Shown piece by piece: positions 28,416 through 39,486 of a DNA stretch of 64,000 bases. The stretch lies in contig CP181291.1 of the NCBI GenBank assembly GCA_052279835.1, positions 4,640,001 through 4,704,000 on the forward strand. The letters are read 5' to 3'. Under the pieces are notes generated by a model. The model did not search any database. It was not told where the DNA came from and saw only the letters and a program-made list of their open reading frames with translations. The number at the start of each line of letters is the position of its first letter. Position 1 is the first letter of the stretch. Origin of the DNA: Microcoleus sp. Its GTDB lineage: Bacteria; Cyanobacteriota; Cyanobacteriia; Cyanobacteriales; Microcoleaceae. The position numbers were made by a program, and so were the translations under genes.

Positions 28416-29198
28416 CTAACTAGCGGACGAGTATAGGGTGGGGTTCTCAGCTAATCCTGCCATTGCATCGGAAACACGCTGAGCTTTATTGACTGTCTGC
28501 CCGACAGCCAAGTTCTTAACATTAATTGCCGCATTTACATCTCTATCTAGTTCAAGACCGCAGACATAACAACTATGCCATCTGTCGGCAATCGTTTTAG
28601 GGATGTGAGTACCGCAACTAGAACAGTTTTGAGTTGTGCCATTTGGATTCACAGCTATAGCAAGCTTGCCAGCACTTTCAGCCAGGGAAACCAGAATAGT
28701 TAGAAATTCACTCCAACCAGCATCTAGAATTGACTTTGCCATCCTAGTTTTGACCAAAGCTTTGATATTTAAATCTTCAAACCCAATCACATCATACTTG
28801 TCGAGTAATCGCTTTGCAGTCTTGTAATGAAAGTCTTGGCGTTGCCTTGCAATATGCAGATGATGTTTAGCAAGACGTTTAACAGCTTTCCGTCTGCGAT
28901 TACTGCCTTGTTTTTTGCGATAAACAGCTTTATAATGAATTGATTTGTACTGAGGGAATAGCTTTTTGGTATTAAGTAAGTCTCGCTTTTGCCAAAAATA
29001 ATCAGGCTGCTCGATTATGGGAGCGATACTGCATGATCCCAGAGAGCATGAATCGACCGGGCAACGATTAGACTCATACCATTTGAAGCGCTCTGACAGT
29101 CTATAGTTGTACTGCATACGCAACAAGTTAAGCCACTCATCAAACTGATGAGATTGAGCTTTGTTTGGGCGTAATTTGTACTTGTAGGCTGTTATCAT
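28416..29198 (-). pseudogene. tnpB: IS200/IS605 TnpB with internal in-frame deletion
   Basis: AYKYKLRPN HTH, FEDLNIK, CSSCG/CYVCG zinc finger, DRDVNAA; only 260 aa and no RuvC-I GxDxG. Confidence 0.8.
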
Positions 29199-29235
29199 AA
29201 ATATCAGTGTAGCATAAAATGGGTACGGTGCTCGG

Positions 29236-29481
29236 AAAAATGATTTTATTTCTAGCGGGATATGTATCTCAGATTTAAAAGCTCACTTGGTTTTGACTAC
29301 CAAATAGAGGCGTAAAGTTTTTACGGGACAGAGCATCAACAGGTTGTCTGAAATCTTGACTGATTTATGCACAAAGTGGGGCTGTAAATTAGTTGATTTC
29401 CATGGTAAAGAAGATCGTATCGATCTCTTGTTTCAATATTTGCCCCAGATGGAATTACCGAAATTTGTTGGTAATTTAAAA
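29236..29481 (+). pseudogene. tnpA: IS200 Y1 transposase TnpA remnant
   Basis: KNDF...SDLKAHLVLTTK*RRKVF...KLVDFHGKEDRIDLLF...VGNLK; stop at conserved Y, HUH motif lost, 3' truncated. Confidence 0.75.
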
Positions 29482-29569
29482 GTGGTAATGGCTGCTGCAA
29501 CTGAGGTTACATCTCCAAAACACAGTTTTTCATGTTTGATTATTTAAAGCAACCGGGAAAATACCTAGA

Positions 29570-32119
29570 TTGAAACCAAAAACCTTAAATCTTACTTTAC
29601 CACTAACAACCTTGGAGGTTGTGTACCATTTGTTACAGCAAATGGTTCAACTTCCAGGGGCGATTTGGCTGGGAGAGCAAAATTTCCTTTCCTTGGAAAA
29701 TGAGCAAGTAATTCCATCCGAAAGGTTTGCAGCCTTGTTGTCGGAGCGGTTTAACGCCTTGGTGCGTGGAAGGCAAAATAATTTACGTACAAACCAGCAT
29801 CAAGAAAGTGCAAATAAGCTCGATGTTCTATGGAATGTGGAGTTGACTTTCGAGCCGCAGGCGATCGCAAATTTTCTCTCTCCCCTGGCCGACAAACTCT
29901 CCAAAACAACGCCAGAGGCCTCACTCACCCTAGACCCGATTGCTCTCAAAAAAAGACTCAAAAATATCAAGCCAAATTCACCGAAACTTCAAAGTAAATT
30001 CACTTTCGACTTGCTAGGGATTATTGCCGATAGCTCTCGGAAAAACAACGATTATTTGGCTATATATCCAGGGATAATCGAGAGCAATTTATCGGAACAA
30101 GGGCGAAATGAAGAAAACCTAAACAGCCACAATTTAGACATGGTTGGTGAAGTTAGCATCCCTAATTCTTGTGTAGCATTTTGTCAACCAGTGGAAGATG
30201 CTTTGCAGCAGCAACTCGCACAGGAGCGACTTTTAAATCAGGTAACAACTCAGATTCGTCAGAGTTTAGAATTGCCAGCAATATTGTCAAAAGCAGTGGA
30301 ACGAGTTCGAGATTTTTTGGAAGTAGACCGCTTGATAATTTATCAATTTGAAAAATCGCAAAAAACGGAAAAATACGACTTAGATATAGAAAACTTAACG
30401 CTATTTAATCAACCTGTAAATAGGCCATTGCATCAAGAAAATCGCAAGTATTTAGGTCGCGTAACCTACGAATCTTTAGCAAATAATACTATTTCCTCTG
30501 TCCTGAATTTTGGCGAAGATGCTAATTGCTTACCACAGGGAGTTATCGACCAAGAAAAATATCGTAAAGGTTTAACATTTGCCCTTAAAGATGTGGAAAA
30601 AGCCTATGCTTCCCAGCCATGTTTTTTAAATTTGATGCGACAAGCTAAGGTGCGGGCTAAATTGCTAGTGCCCATAGTGGTTCAAGATGAATTGTGGGGA
30701 CTGCTAATTGCCCACCATTCTACTTGTCGCGACTGGGAAGAAAGTAAAAAAATCTTTTTGCAGCAAATAGCAGAACATTTGGCGATCGCCATTTATCAAG
30801 CCGAACTCTATGCTGAAGTGCAGCAGCAAAAGCGCACCTTAGAACAGCGGGTAATTGAACGCACCACAGAACTTCGCGATGCCCTCGCAGCCGCCCAGTC
30901 AGCCAGCCTCGCCAAGAGCGAATTTTTAGCAGCTATGAGTCACGAATTGCGGACTCCCCTCACCTGTGTCATCGGCATTTCCGACACGCTGCTGCGCTGG
31001 TCCTATGGCAAAGTGGGCAGTAAAGAAGTGCCGATCGCCAAACAGCGACAGTACCTAAAAACCATCCGCGACAGTGGCGATCACTTATTAGAATTAATTA
31101 ACGATATTTTGGATTTGTCCCAAGTAGAAGCGGGAAAAGCAGTCTTAAAAATTAGCGAATTTTCTCTTTCTAAATTAGCATCTCAAAGTCTGCACGCCCT
31201 CAAGGAAAAAGCTGTGACCAAAGGGGTCGAACTGGTGCAAGAACAGCGGATTAATCAAGAATGCGACCTCTTCACCGCTGACCCACGCCGCTTGAGACAA
31301 ATTCTCTTTAATCTTTTAGGAAATGCGATTAAATTTACTCCCGAAGGCGGGCGAGTTATCCTGCGGATTTGGGTAACAGAAGATAATAAACGCACACCGA
31401 TAGTGCAGGTTCCAGATACTATATACCCAGGCAGAATCGCGGTTTTTCAAATCAAAGATACGGGCATTGGAATTCGTGAAGATCAGCGTTCTCTCTTGTT
31501 TCAAAAATTTCAACAATTGGATTCTCCCTACCGTCGCGAATACGGTGGCACTGGTTTGGGATTAGCATTAACTAAACAGTTAGTAGAACTCCACGGCGGT
31601 GCGATCGAAGTTGAATCCACCGTAGATGTAGGATCTACTTTTACAGTTTTCATACCCCTTCAGAGTCTCACTAAAGAGGAATACTCAAAATTAAAGTATG
31701 AAAAATTAAATTCATCTTTACCCCTGCATTCTTCCTCCTTGCGAGGTAGTCTGGTACTGATAGAAGAAGACGAAGAAACGGCGATGGAGATTTGCGATAT
31801 ATTGACAGCAGCGGGACTTCAGGTGGTGTGGATGATTGAAGGTTCGGGGGCGGTAGAACAAATTGAACTATTGCAACCAAATGCGGTGATTATTGATATG
31901 CGTTTGCCCGGTATGAATGGCGGAGAGATTATTCAAAAATTGCGCCAAAAACCAGCTACTAAAAATATGAACATTCTCGCTTTAACTGCTCAAGAAATTC
32001 CAGCTAGTGAGATTTATTTGGTGACTGCGGGAGCTAATGATTGTTTGGTAAAACCGATTAAACCGCAGCAATTGCTGGAGAAAGTGGTTGGTTTAATGGC
32101 TAATGGTAATGGGGCCTAG
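29570..32119 (+). CDS. cikA: circadian input kinase A (GAF-HK-pseudo-receiver)
   Basis: LLNQVTTQIRQSLELP GAF, SHELRTPLTCVIG...LLRW H-box, LIEEDEETAMEICDILTAAG pseudo-receiver. Confidence 0.85.
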   Translation: MKPKTLNLTLPLTTLEVVYHLLQQMVQLPGAIWLGEQNFLSLENEQVIPSERFAALLSERFNALVRGRQNNLRTNQHQESANKLDVLWNVELTFEPQAIANFLSPLADKLSKTTPEASLTLDPIALKKRLKNIKPNSPKLQSKFTFDLLGIIADSSRKNNDYLAIYPGIIESNLSEQGRNEENLNSHNLDMVGEVSIPNSCVAFCQPVEDALQQQLAQERLLNQVTTQIRQSLELPAILSKAVERVRDFLEVDRLIIYQFEKSQKTEKYDLDIENLTLFNQPVNRPLHQENRKYLGRVTYESLANNTISSVLNFGEDANCLPQGVIDQEKYRKGLTFALKDVEKAYASQPCFLNLMRQAKVRAKLLVPIVVQDELWGLLIAHHSTCRDWEESKKIFLQQIAEHLAIAIYQAELYAEVQQQKRTLEQRVIERTTELRDALAAAQSASLAKSEFLAAMSHELRTPLTCVIGISDTLLRWSYGKVGSKEVPIAKQRQYLKTIRDSGDHLLELINDILDLSQVEAGKAVLKISEFSLSKLASQSLHALKEKAVTKGVELVQEQRINQECDLFTADPRRLRQILFNLLGNAIKFTPEGGRVILRIWVTEDNKRTPIVQVPDTIYPGRIAVFQIKDTGIGIREDQRSLLFQKFQQLDSPYRREYGGTGLGLALTKQLVELHGGAIEVESTVDVGSTFTVFIPLQSLTKEEYSKLKYEKLNSSLPLHSSSLRGSLVLIEEDEETAMEICDILTAAGLQVVWMIEGSGAVEQIELLQPNAVIIDMRLPGMNGGEIIQKLRQKPATKNMNILALTAQEIPASEIYLVTAGANDCLVKPIKPQQLLEKVVGLMANGNGA

Positions 32120-32296
32120 GGAATGGAGTATGGGGCAACCCCCCCTTGGGGGCAGGGCTGTTTCATTCTGGTGACAAATCAGGGTTTTGTAGGGGTAGTG
32201 GATGGTGCGTGCCTACCATCCCCATCCTCCCCATCCACTTTCTTTGCCTACCCTCCCCGTCCACTTCCTGATTCCTGCTTCCCTGTGCTTCCAGAG

Positions 32297-33250
32297 TTAT
32301 TTGACAGCACAAATCAACCCGAAACGAATCAATCCGCTTTGATAGCCACGACTCATCAACGAGAGCGCCAGAGCCGCTTGAATGGTCGTCCAACCGCTAG
32401 TCAACAAACCCCAAATCGCACTAGGAGTAAAAGCAGAATCGATCACTATATCCCAAAAAGGAGCCACAGCTTTTGACCAGTCAGCAGTGCGAATATTTTT
32501 AAAAGGCAAACTGCGGGTAATTTCTTCATATTCCGGCAAAGAAATCACATAAGGTAAAGCATAAACCCGGTAAATTTCTGCCAATTCTTTTCTTTCTGCA
32601 TCTGTTAATTCTCCGGCGGTTTCTCCCACTGGACGGTGACACCAAGTGGCCAAAATCAAAGTTCCCCCCGGCTTGAGGACGCGGTAACATTCCTGCAAAA
32701 ATTTAATTTTATCTGGCATATGTTCGCCACTTTCTAGGGACCAAACCAAATCGAAGGAGTTGTCAGGAAAAGGCATATTCAAAGCATCTGCCACCAAAAA
32801 ATTGACATTGCTTTCGAGCCCAGCAATTTTAGCCCGTTCCTTGGCTCTGTTGGCTTGTACTGGACTCAGAGTAATGCCGGTAGCTGTAATCCTGGTTTCC
32901 GTTTTACTTTGTCCAGGCGATCGACTAAAATTGCGATCGACCTCATCATCTAACCTAAAATTATTTCCAGCTACAGAACTAAACTTTTCGGTCAAATACA
33001 GCGTACTGCCACCGATGCCGCAGCCGACATCTAGAATGCTGTAAGGTTCAGACAGTTGGGTCTCTGATGGTGCTGCTGCCCAGTCAAGCAGTTCTTCAAT
33101 CAAATCTATCTGAGCTTGTCGGCGTTCTTTCTTTAAGTTTCCATCCGGGCCGTAGTAACCGTGGTGCATATGTTCGCCCCACACCTGTTCCCACAGACCG
33201 CTAGAAGCGTCATAAAATTGCTGAATTTGCTGGTAAAGTGTTGATGTCAT
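32297..33250 (-). CDS. gamma-tocopherol methyltransferase
   Basis: FYDASSGLWEQVWGEHMHHGYY, LDVGCGIGGS, WSLESGEHMPDK, ATWCHR. Confidence 0.88.
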   Translation of the reverse strand: MTSTLYQQIQQFYDASSGLWEQVWGEHMHHGYYGPDGNLKKERRQAQIDLIEELLDWAAAPSETQLSEPYSILDVGCGIGGSTLYLTEKFSSVAGNNFRLDDEVDRNFSRSPGQSKTETRITATGITLSPVQANRAKERAKIAGLESNVNFLVADALNMPFPDNSFDLVWSLESGEHMPDKIKFLQECYRVLKPGGTLILATWCHRPVGETAGELTDAERKELAEIYRVYALPYVISLPEYEEITRSLPFKNIRTADWSKAVAPFWDIVIDSAFTPSAIWGLLTSGWTTIQAALALSLMSRGYQSGLIRFGLICAVK

Positions 33251-33408
33251 CGCACGATCGCAAGTTATTAAAAAAATTCTACCGTTCTTTTGCCATTCTT
33301 GTCATCTTTTGCAATTTAAGTTCCATCGGTCGAACTTATTCGATAGCTGGAACTCTAGGCAGAATGTTTTAAATTTCAACCAACGTTCAATCTCAAATCT
33401 CAAATCGA

Positions 33409-34743
33409 ATGACTGTCTCGCGAACTATTTGCTTGGGTTTTATAGCCGTCATTGCCCTCGGTGCTCTGTTATTATTGATGCCTTTCTCCACAAGTGACGG
33501 AACTTGGAGCGACCCCATCACTGCACTCTTTACTTCTACTTCTGCTGTCTGCGTCACGGGCTTATCAGTGGTAGATGTGGGGAAATATTACTCTTTTTGG
33601 GGCCAACTCTGCCTGGTTTTTTTAGTGCAAATAGGTGGTTTAGGCTATATGACAGCCACTACTTTCTTACTGCTCTTACTCGGTCGCCGATTTGGATTGA
33701 AAGACAAAATTGCTCTCCAACAATCCCTTGACAAATCAGGTCTAGATGGTGTAGTGCAACTGGTACAGTCAATTTTAGCAACAACCATATTGTTTGAACT
33801 AACAGGTGTGTTTTTGTTGATGTTAGTTTTTGTACCGCAATTTGGATTTAAGGAGGGTCTGTGGTCGGCTGTTTTTCACAGCATTAATGCCTTTAACAAT
33901 GCGGGTTTTAGCCTCTATTCAGACAATTTAATCGGCTATAGGGGTTCGCCTATAATCAACCTTACCATTGGTGGTTTGATTATTTTTGGAGGCATTGGCT
34001 ATCAGGTAATTATGGAAATTTACCTGTGGGTGCGCGCTCGATTCAATAAAAGTCCAATCTGCACAGTTTTTTCCCTAAATTTTAAAGTCGTTACCAGCAC
34101 AACGGCTATCCTGATAATTTTAGGAACACTCGCATTTTTGGTGATGGAATACCACAATCCAGAAACTCTCGGTCCCCTCAGTTTTGCTCAAAAAGTTATG
34201 GCTGCTTGGTTTCAATCTGTGACTCCTCGCACGGCGGGATTTAATACAATTGACATTGGCAAAATGAGTGAAACATCACTATTTTTGACTATTGCCCTGA
34301 TGTTTGTTGGTGCTAGTCCCGGCAGCACGGGTGGGGGGATCAAAACCACAACTTTTAGGATCTTGTTTAGCTGTACCGCAGCAGTTCTAGAAGGAAAGGA
34401 GCAGGTGGAGTGTTATCAGCGCCAAATCCCGATAGCACTGATTCTCAAGACTATTAGCGTGGTGTTTGGCTCCCTGATGGTGGTGATAGTATCTGCAACT
34501 TTAGTTGAGCTGGTTAATCCCGAACTAGAATTTATTCAGGTGCTATTTGAGGCAGTGTCAGCTTTTGCGACGGTGGGACTTTCTACGGGGATTACTGCGA
34601 AGATTTCGGCGATCGGCAAGTTGATCCTGATTGCTACTATGTACATAGGTAGGGTTGGCGTGTTGCTGCTGATGAGTGCGGCCGTTGGCGATCCGAAACC
34701 CACCACTTTTAAATATCCCGAAGAAAGTTTGTTAGTGGGATAG
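33409..34743 (+). CDS. ktrB: KtrB/TrkH K+ uptake membrane subunit
   Basis: SAVCVTGL, FNNAGF, RTAGFN, GSTGGGIK, FATVGLS, GRVG. Confidence 0.93.
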   Translation: MTVSRTICLGFIAVIALGALLLLMPFSTSDGTWSDPITALFTSTSAVCVTGLSVVDVGKYYSFWGQLCLVFLVQIGGLGYMTATTFLLLLLGRRFGLKDKIALQQSLDKSGLDGVVQLVQSILATTILFELTGVFLLMLVFVPQFGFKEGLWSAVFHSINAFNNAGFSLYSDNLIGYRGSPIINLTIGGLIIFGGIGYQVIMEIYLWVRARFNKSPICTVFSLNFKVVTSTTAILIILGTLAFLVMEYHNPETLGPLSFAQKVMAAWFQSVTPRTAGFNTIDIGKMSETSLFLTIALMFVGASPGSTGGGIKTTTFRILFSCTAAVLEGKEQVECYQRQIPIALILKTISVVFGSLMVVIVSATLVELVNPELEFIQVLFEAVSAFATVGLSTGITAKISAIGKLILIATMYIGRVGVLLLMSAAVGDPKPTTFKYPEESLLVG

Positions 34744-34890
34744 TCGCATCTTGCCTTGTTGCCGATCGTCTAAACAATGGGCAACTGCTCAAATTAACTT
34801 TCAACACACACCAAGAATTCAACGTTTAGGTTTTGCTCTGTTACCGGGCGGGCAGATTCTATGAAATTTTGAAAATTAGGAGACTTAGTT

Positions 34891-35598
34891 TTGAATATCA
34901 ACGTAAACCTGTCATCTTTAAACTTTTTTCGCAGTTTGCGCGCTGAAAACAAGCAGTTTGCAGTTATTGGTTTGGGACGCTTCGGCAATGCTGTGTGTTC
35001 GACTTTGCACAGTTTAGGCTATGAAGTCTTGGGGGTTGATAGCGATGAAAAAAAAGTGACTCAAGCTTTGAGCGATCGCATTGCTGCTCATATTGTACAG
35101 TTAGATTCTACCGAGCCTACGGCTCTTAAGGAAGCAGGTCTATTTGAATTTGATACAGTGATTGTGGCGATCGGCAATTACTTAGCAGCAAGTATCACCA
35201 CAACCCTAAATCTTAAGGAAGGCGGGGTAACTAATGTCATAGCTAAAGCTTCTTCGGAAACTCACTTAAAAATTCTCAAAAAAGTCGGGGCAGATCATGT
35301 GGTTTTTCCCGAACGAGAAATGGGCTACTCTTTGGCACGTACTCTGACAAAACCCAGTATTTTAGAGCGCTTCGACCTCGATCCCGATCACAGTATAGTA
35401 GAGTTGCTCGTTCCTGAAAAATTTGATGGCAAAACCATCGCGGAGTTGGAACTCCGTCGCAAATACGGTTTGAATTTGCTAGCTGTGGGGCGAAATGACA
35501 AGTTTGAAATTAATCCGCAGCCCAATGAACGTTTGAAACAGGGTGAGGCGATGGTGGTAATTGGTTCTAATAAAGATATCAATCGCTTGCCAATTTAA
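34891..35598 (+). CDS. ktrA: KtrA/TrkA regulatory subunit
   Basis: VIGLGRFG RCK_N plus TrkA_C; follows ktrB. Confidence 0.92.
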   Translation: MNINVNLSSLNFFRSLRAENKQFAVIGLGRFGNAVCSTLHSLGYEVLGVDSDEKKVTQALSDRIAAHIVQLDSTEPTALKEAGLFEFDTVIVAIGNYLAASITTTLNLKEGGVTNVIAKASSETHLKILKKVGADHVVFPEREMGYSLARTLTKPSILERFDLDPDHSIVELLVPEKFDGKTIAELELRRKYGLNLLAVGRNDKFEINPQPNERLKQGEAMVVIGSNKDINRLPI

Positions 35599-35715
35599 CA
35601 GCTCGCCCTGGGGACAATCTAGAGTTAACCTACTTCTAACTGAGGCTGGCTATCTGTTCACCGCGATCGCTGGTAGTCCAGCTTGGTTCAGTGATTAGTG
35701 GATAGCCACTTTGTT

Positions 35716-35958
35716 TCACTGCCGGCTCTGAAAATTCAACATATTTTGCACGTAAGCTTTGCCCCAAACTAGCACGACTAAGAACATACCGAGTTCGATC
35801 TGCCAAGGACACACCGCCATAAACCAGATTAAACAACCCATGCCAATGATGGCCGCTATAGGAGCGGGAATGCCGTCGAGGGTTCTTCTGTCAGTCCCTG
35901 TAGTAATCACCGCAGCCACTAAAAACAGAGTTAAGGGAATCAAGCAAGTTACGAGCAT
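35716..35958 (-). CDS. small hydrophobic membrane protein
   Basis: 80 aa, 2-3 hydrophobic stretches, APWQ-like CPWQIELG. Confidence 0.5.
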   Translation of the reverse strand: MLVTCLIPLTLFLVAAVITTGTDRRTLDGIPAPIAAIIGMGCLIWFMAVCPWQIELGMFLVVLVWGKAYVQNMLNFQSRQ

Positions 35959-36240
35959 AATTTTTTACCAACCAAAAGTTTTGTATGCGATCGACATCAC
36001 CATATTTTGACACTCCAGGGGTGTGAATGCACGCGACTTGTACGCAAAGCTGTGTAGCCTTACACAAAACTCTCATAAATCCATTATTTAACAATATCTT
36101 ATTGTTAAAGATTATATGATCAGCGATGGAGTGCCAACTTGATGCTCTTAATATTGCCCCCCAATGAACTAAAAAACATTGGCCAAAAGGCCAAATTTTC
36201 GATCGATCGCGCGATCGGGGTCCTTACAAGCTATACTGAG

Positions 36241-36425
36241 CGTTGCCGTCATTTACTGTAGAGCGTGAATCCGTGGGCTGGGCAATTTGGTGGGCAAACC
36301 AGAAGCAAATATAGGAAGCTCCAGGCGCGGGGGTCCTTGAGGCTCGATCGCTCAAACATGAGGTCCGATCGCCTCTGCCTCCTGACACCTGCTATCGGTC
36401 GAATAGTAGACAGTAGCGGACAACC
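36241..36425 (+). ncRNA. ssrS: probable 6S RNA
   Basis: TATACT -10 at 36232-36237; ends pair (GTTG-CCG..TACTGT with ACAGTAGCGGACAAC); A-rich central region AGAAGCAAATATAGGAA; inner hairpin GAGGC-CGATCG..CGATCG-CCTC; ~185 nt. Confidence 0.65.
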
Positions 36426-36990
36426 CCTACTAACCCTGTAGAGATAGCCAGTCTCAGTTGATTAAATAACTAATCTACCTGTGGTCATAACACCCTAAAA
36501 TATTTTTCCGTTTTAGGTTCTGTCGCCCAATTTTAAAAATCCCGATCGTGTCCCCCCTCAATACGTGACCCATGGGTTTATGTGTATCTCGATTTAAGAC
36601 AACAAAAACACGGGATCGACTACGTAATTTAACTGATAACTCAACTATTTTAAACTCTCTACGCAAGTTCCCAACCACCAATATTCTTGGCTGACAATTG
36701 ATTGTAGACTCCAGTGGGCTTTAAATTGCGCCCATAACACGGTGTTTATTCGTAAGTATGAGGTACGTGAGGACTTGCACCGACCATCAAAAAACAAGTC
36801 GGCGAAAAACGAAGCAAAAATGAGTTGAGAATTGGGCGATCGCTAACCCGATTTAGTAGAATTTGTAAAGACGAGGTAAAGTCTTGATGAAGAATCTGTC
36901 AAAAGCGATCGGAAGTAGCAACAAAATCCAAAAACTATCTCATAATTAAATTATTACGAACATCGTCACTAAACAAAAGAGCAAAAAGTT

Positions 36991-37692
36991 ATGAACACCA
37001 AACTCCTGTCAGCTTTAACTGCCACCGCTGCGGCCACCGCTTTATTGGGTGCATCCGCTCCCGCCCAAGCCTTCTCCTTTGGCACCAACGGCATCACCTT
37101 CGGACAAAATCAAGATGTCCAATTTAATTTCAAAGAATCTCACGGGGCTTTCACTTCCTCTTTGGGCATCTACGAAGTCAACGGCTTCTCACTCTCTAAA
37201 GTTGCCGACTTGTTTTCGGAAACTAAATCCTCAGACGACGGCAGCGTTAACGAATGGAAAGGAACACTGGGCAATACAGTCCTGGGTTCTGGTTCCTCAG
37301 TCTTCACCTTCCTAGCCAATAAAGTTTACACCTTGGGACTCTCCAGCGATAACGGCATGGTCTACTCCACATCGGGTCTGAACCTGAACGTCGCCTATAC
37401 CGGCAGCCAGCAAGCCGTGTTTGGTCCCTCATCCCTGTGGAACGCACTCGGCAAAGACACAACCTCTGCATTCCAAGCCGCTGGGTCTTACACAGATGGA
37501 ATAGGTTCTCTGTTTAACGGAGGCACATTAATCTCCTTCGACGATCGCGGTGGCGGCAACGACACAGACTTCCAAGACTTCACCGTGAGCGCCGAAGCAG
37601 TCCCCGAACCAATGACAATGACTGGTTTAGCTCTCGGTTTCGGTGGCTTGATTGCCGCCCGTCGCCGTCGCGCCAGCAAAACTGTTTCCTAG
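36991..37692 (+). CDS. PEP-CTERM sorting-domain exoprotein
   Basis: Signal peptide (APAQA), FDDRGGGNDTDFQDF, VPEP + TM + RRRR. Confidence 0.92.
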   Translation: MNTKLLSALTATAAATALLGASAPAQAFSFGTNGITFGQNQDVQFNFKESHGAFTSSLGIYEVNGFSLSKVADLFSETKSSDDGSVNEWKGTLGNTVLGSGSSVFTFLANKVYTLGLSSDNGMVYSTSGLNLNVAYTGSQQAVFGPSSLWNALGKDTTSAFQAAGSYTDGIGSLFNGGTLISFDDRGGGNDTDFQDFTVSAEAVPEPMTMTGLALGFGGLIAARRRRASKTVS

Positions 37693-37801
37693 TATTTACC
37701 AGTTACCTGATAAATAAATTCGGAAAAATTTAATAAGCTTTGCAGGCGTGCTGATGGGACATCAGCTCGCCTTTTGCTATGGGAAAGCAAGACAATGGAA
37801 A

Positions 37802-39208
37802 TTAGTCCTCCTCAGCAGCTTCGCCACCGACAACAACATTGCGAATCCGCAAACTAGGGCCGCCGCAGCCCACGGGTAAACCGCTTTGTCCACCCTTTCC
37901 ACAGCCGCCGGATTCATCCCAATAAAAATCGTCGCCGATCGCCTCAATGTCAGCTAAAGTGCTGAAAACATTACCAGAAAGAGTGACATCCCTTACTGGT
38001 TCGGCTAATTTGCCATGGCGAATCATCCAAGCTTCCCCAGCACCAAAGGTAAACATTTCACCGTTAGTCATGCCACCTTGCCAATTCCGTGCATACACAC
38101 CTTCTGTGATGCCGGAAAATAAATCAGCCACCGGTGTCGTACCCCGTTCGATCCAAGTATTAGTCATGCGGACGATCGGCGGATAATGATAATCCAAACA
38201 GCGAGCGTTCCCAGTCGGTACTTCTCCCAATTTGCCAGCAGTTTCGCGGGAGTGCAGCCTTCCGACTAAAGCACCATCCTTAATTAACTGAGTAGTAGTA
38301 GCCGGAGTGCCTTCATCGTCGTAGAAATAACTACCCCGGTGTCCCCCAGGTGCTGCGCCGTCAAAAATTTGCAACTCTTTTGGGCCGAATTGGCGGCCGA
38401 GGGTCATTACCTCCATGATGTCGGGATTTTCGTAGGCCATGTCAGCTTCCGAGAGGTGGCCGAAGGCTTCGTGGACGAATAATCCGGTCAGAATTGGGTC
38501 AATAACCACCGTGTAGGTGTTGCCACAGACGGGGGGTAAGGCTAGGGAATCTACAGCTCTCTGGGCGGCGCTGCGAACTTGAACATCGAGATCGATTAAG
38601 TCTTCGTAAGCTTTGCGGGAACCGGTGGTTTCGCGGCCGGTTTGTACGGTTTCCCCGCTGCGGGCTGTAGCGGCAAAACGCATTTCCATATCTGCCCAAC
38701 CTTGTTCGAGCATTGTGCCTTCGGAGGTGGCGAGGATGATGCGCTGGGTGCTGTCGCCGTAGCGGACGGAGATGGTGGCGATGCGTGGGTCAATGCTGCG
38801 CAGAATTGCCGCGTAGCGATCGCACAATTGCTTTTTTTCGATCAGGGGAACCAGACGGGGGTCTGTTCCAGTCAGCGGTAGGAAGCAAATATCCTGTACG
38901 GGGGTGACAGGTGCCAGAATTGTTTCTGACTCGCCGATCAGTTTGGCGGAGGCGATGGCTTCTTCAATTCTGTCGGCGAGGGTGGAAAGTCGGTTAAAAC
39001 TAGCAAAGCCCCAGCCGCCTTTGTGACAAGCTCGAACTTGGCCACCAATGGAAATTCCTTCACTCAGGGTTTCAATTTTTTCACCCCGCAGCAGGATGTC
39101 GGTACCTTCGGCTTCTTCTAGGCGAATTGCTAGATAATCTACCTGGTTGCGGTAGCGTGCCATTAAGTCGGACAGCAGATTTTTTGAGTCAGCAATCGAG
39201 GTGGGCAT
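37802..39208 (-). CDS. tldD: TldD/PmbA family metalloprotease
   Basis: HEAFGHLSEAD, YDDEG, IVRMTNT, GCGKGGQ. Confidence 0.88.
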   Translation of the reverse strand: MPTSIADSKNLLSDLMARYRNQVDYLAIRLEEAEGTDILLRGEKIETLSEGISIGGQVRACHKGGWGFASFNRLSTLADRIEEAIASAKLIGESETILAPVTPVQDICFLPLTGTDPRLVPLIEKKQLCDRYAAILRSIDPRIATISVRYGDSTQRIILATSEGTMLEQGWADMEMRFAATARSGETVQTGRETTGSRKAYEDLIDLDVQVRSAAQRAVDSLALPPVCGNTYTVVIDPILTGLFVHEAFGHLSEADMAYENPDIMEVMTLGRQFGPKELQIFDGAAPGGHRGSYFYDDEGTPATTTQLIKDGALVGRLHSRETAGKLGEVPTGNARCLDYHYPPIVRMTNTWIERGTTPVADLFSGITEGVYARNWQGGMTNGEMFTFGAGEAWMIRHGKLAEPVRDVTLSGNVFSTLADIEAIGDDFYWDESGGCGKGGQSGLPVGCGGPSLRIRNVVVGGEAAEED

Positions 39209-39486
39209 GAGGAAAGCAGGTGATTAACTGCATCTATTTTGCACTTTTGCCAGGGCGATCGGTTTAATTGAGCCAAAATATCAGCCCTAGCGCGGAGATT
39301 GCGGCTTACTTGGTACGGTTGTGCCAATATCGGGAATTGACAAAGGTAGATATGCTGTGAGTCAGGAGGGAAAGGCAAAAATTTAACGCAATTTGTTAAT
39401 CCTTGTGGTGCCTCAATCCTAACTCCTGAACTTTCAAATTAAATAAATACTTCATCCTTCATGCCTCCGAAGGTGGATTTATAACT

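Noticed and set aside
28416..29198. Compact Cas12-like effector
   Set aside because: No array, lacks RuvC-I, and is paired with an IS200 tnpA remnant
32123..32476. 117-aa ORF after cikA
   Set aside because: Made of REP/STRR repeats and antisense gamma-TMT sequence
33251..33408. c-di-AMP riboswitch upstream of ktrB
   Set aside because: Short AT-rich divergent intergenic without ydaO-type motifs
37802..39208. TldD as RiPP or NRPS maturation enzyme
   Set aside because: Outside the MITE-bounded cluster, no precursor peptide or YcaO nearby; looks like the housekeeping copy
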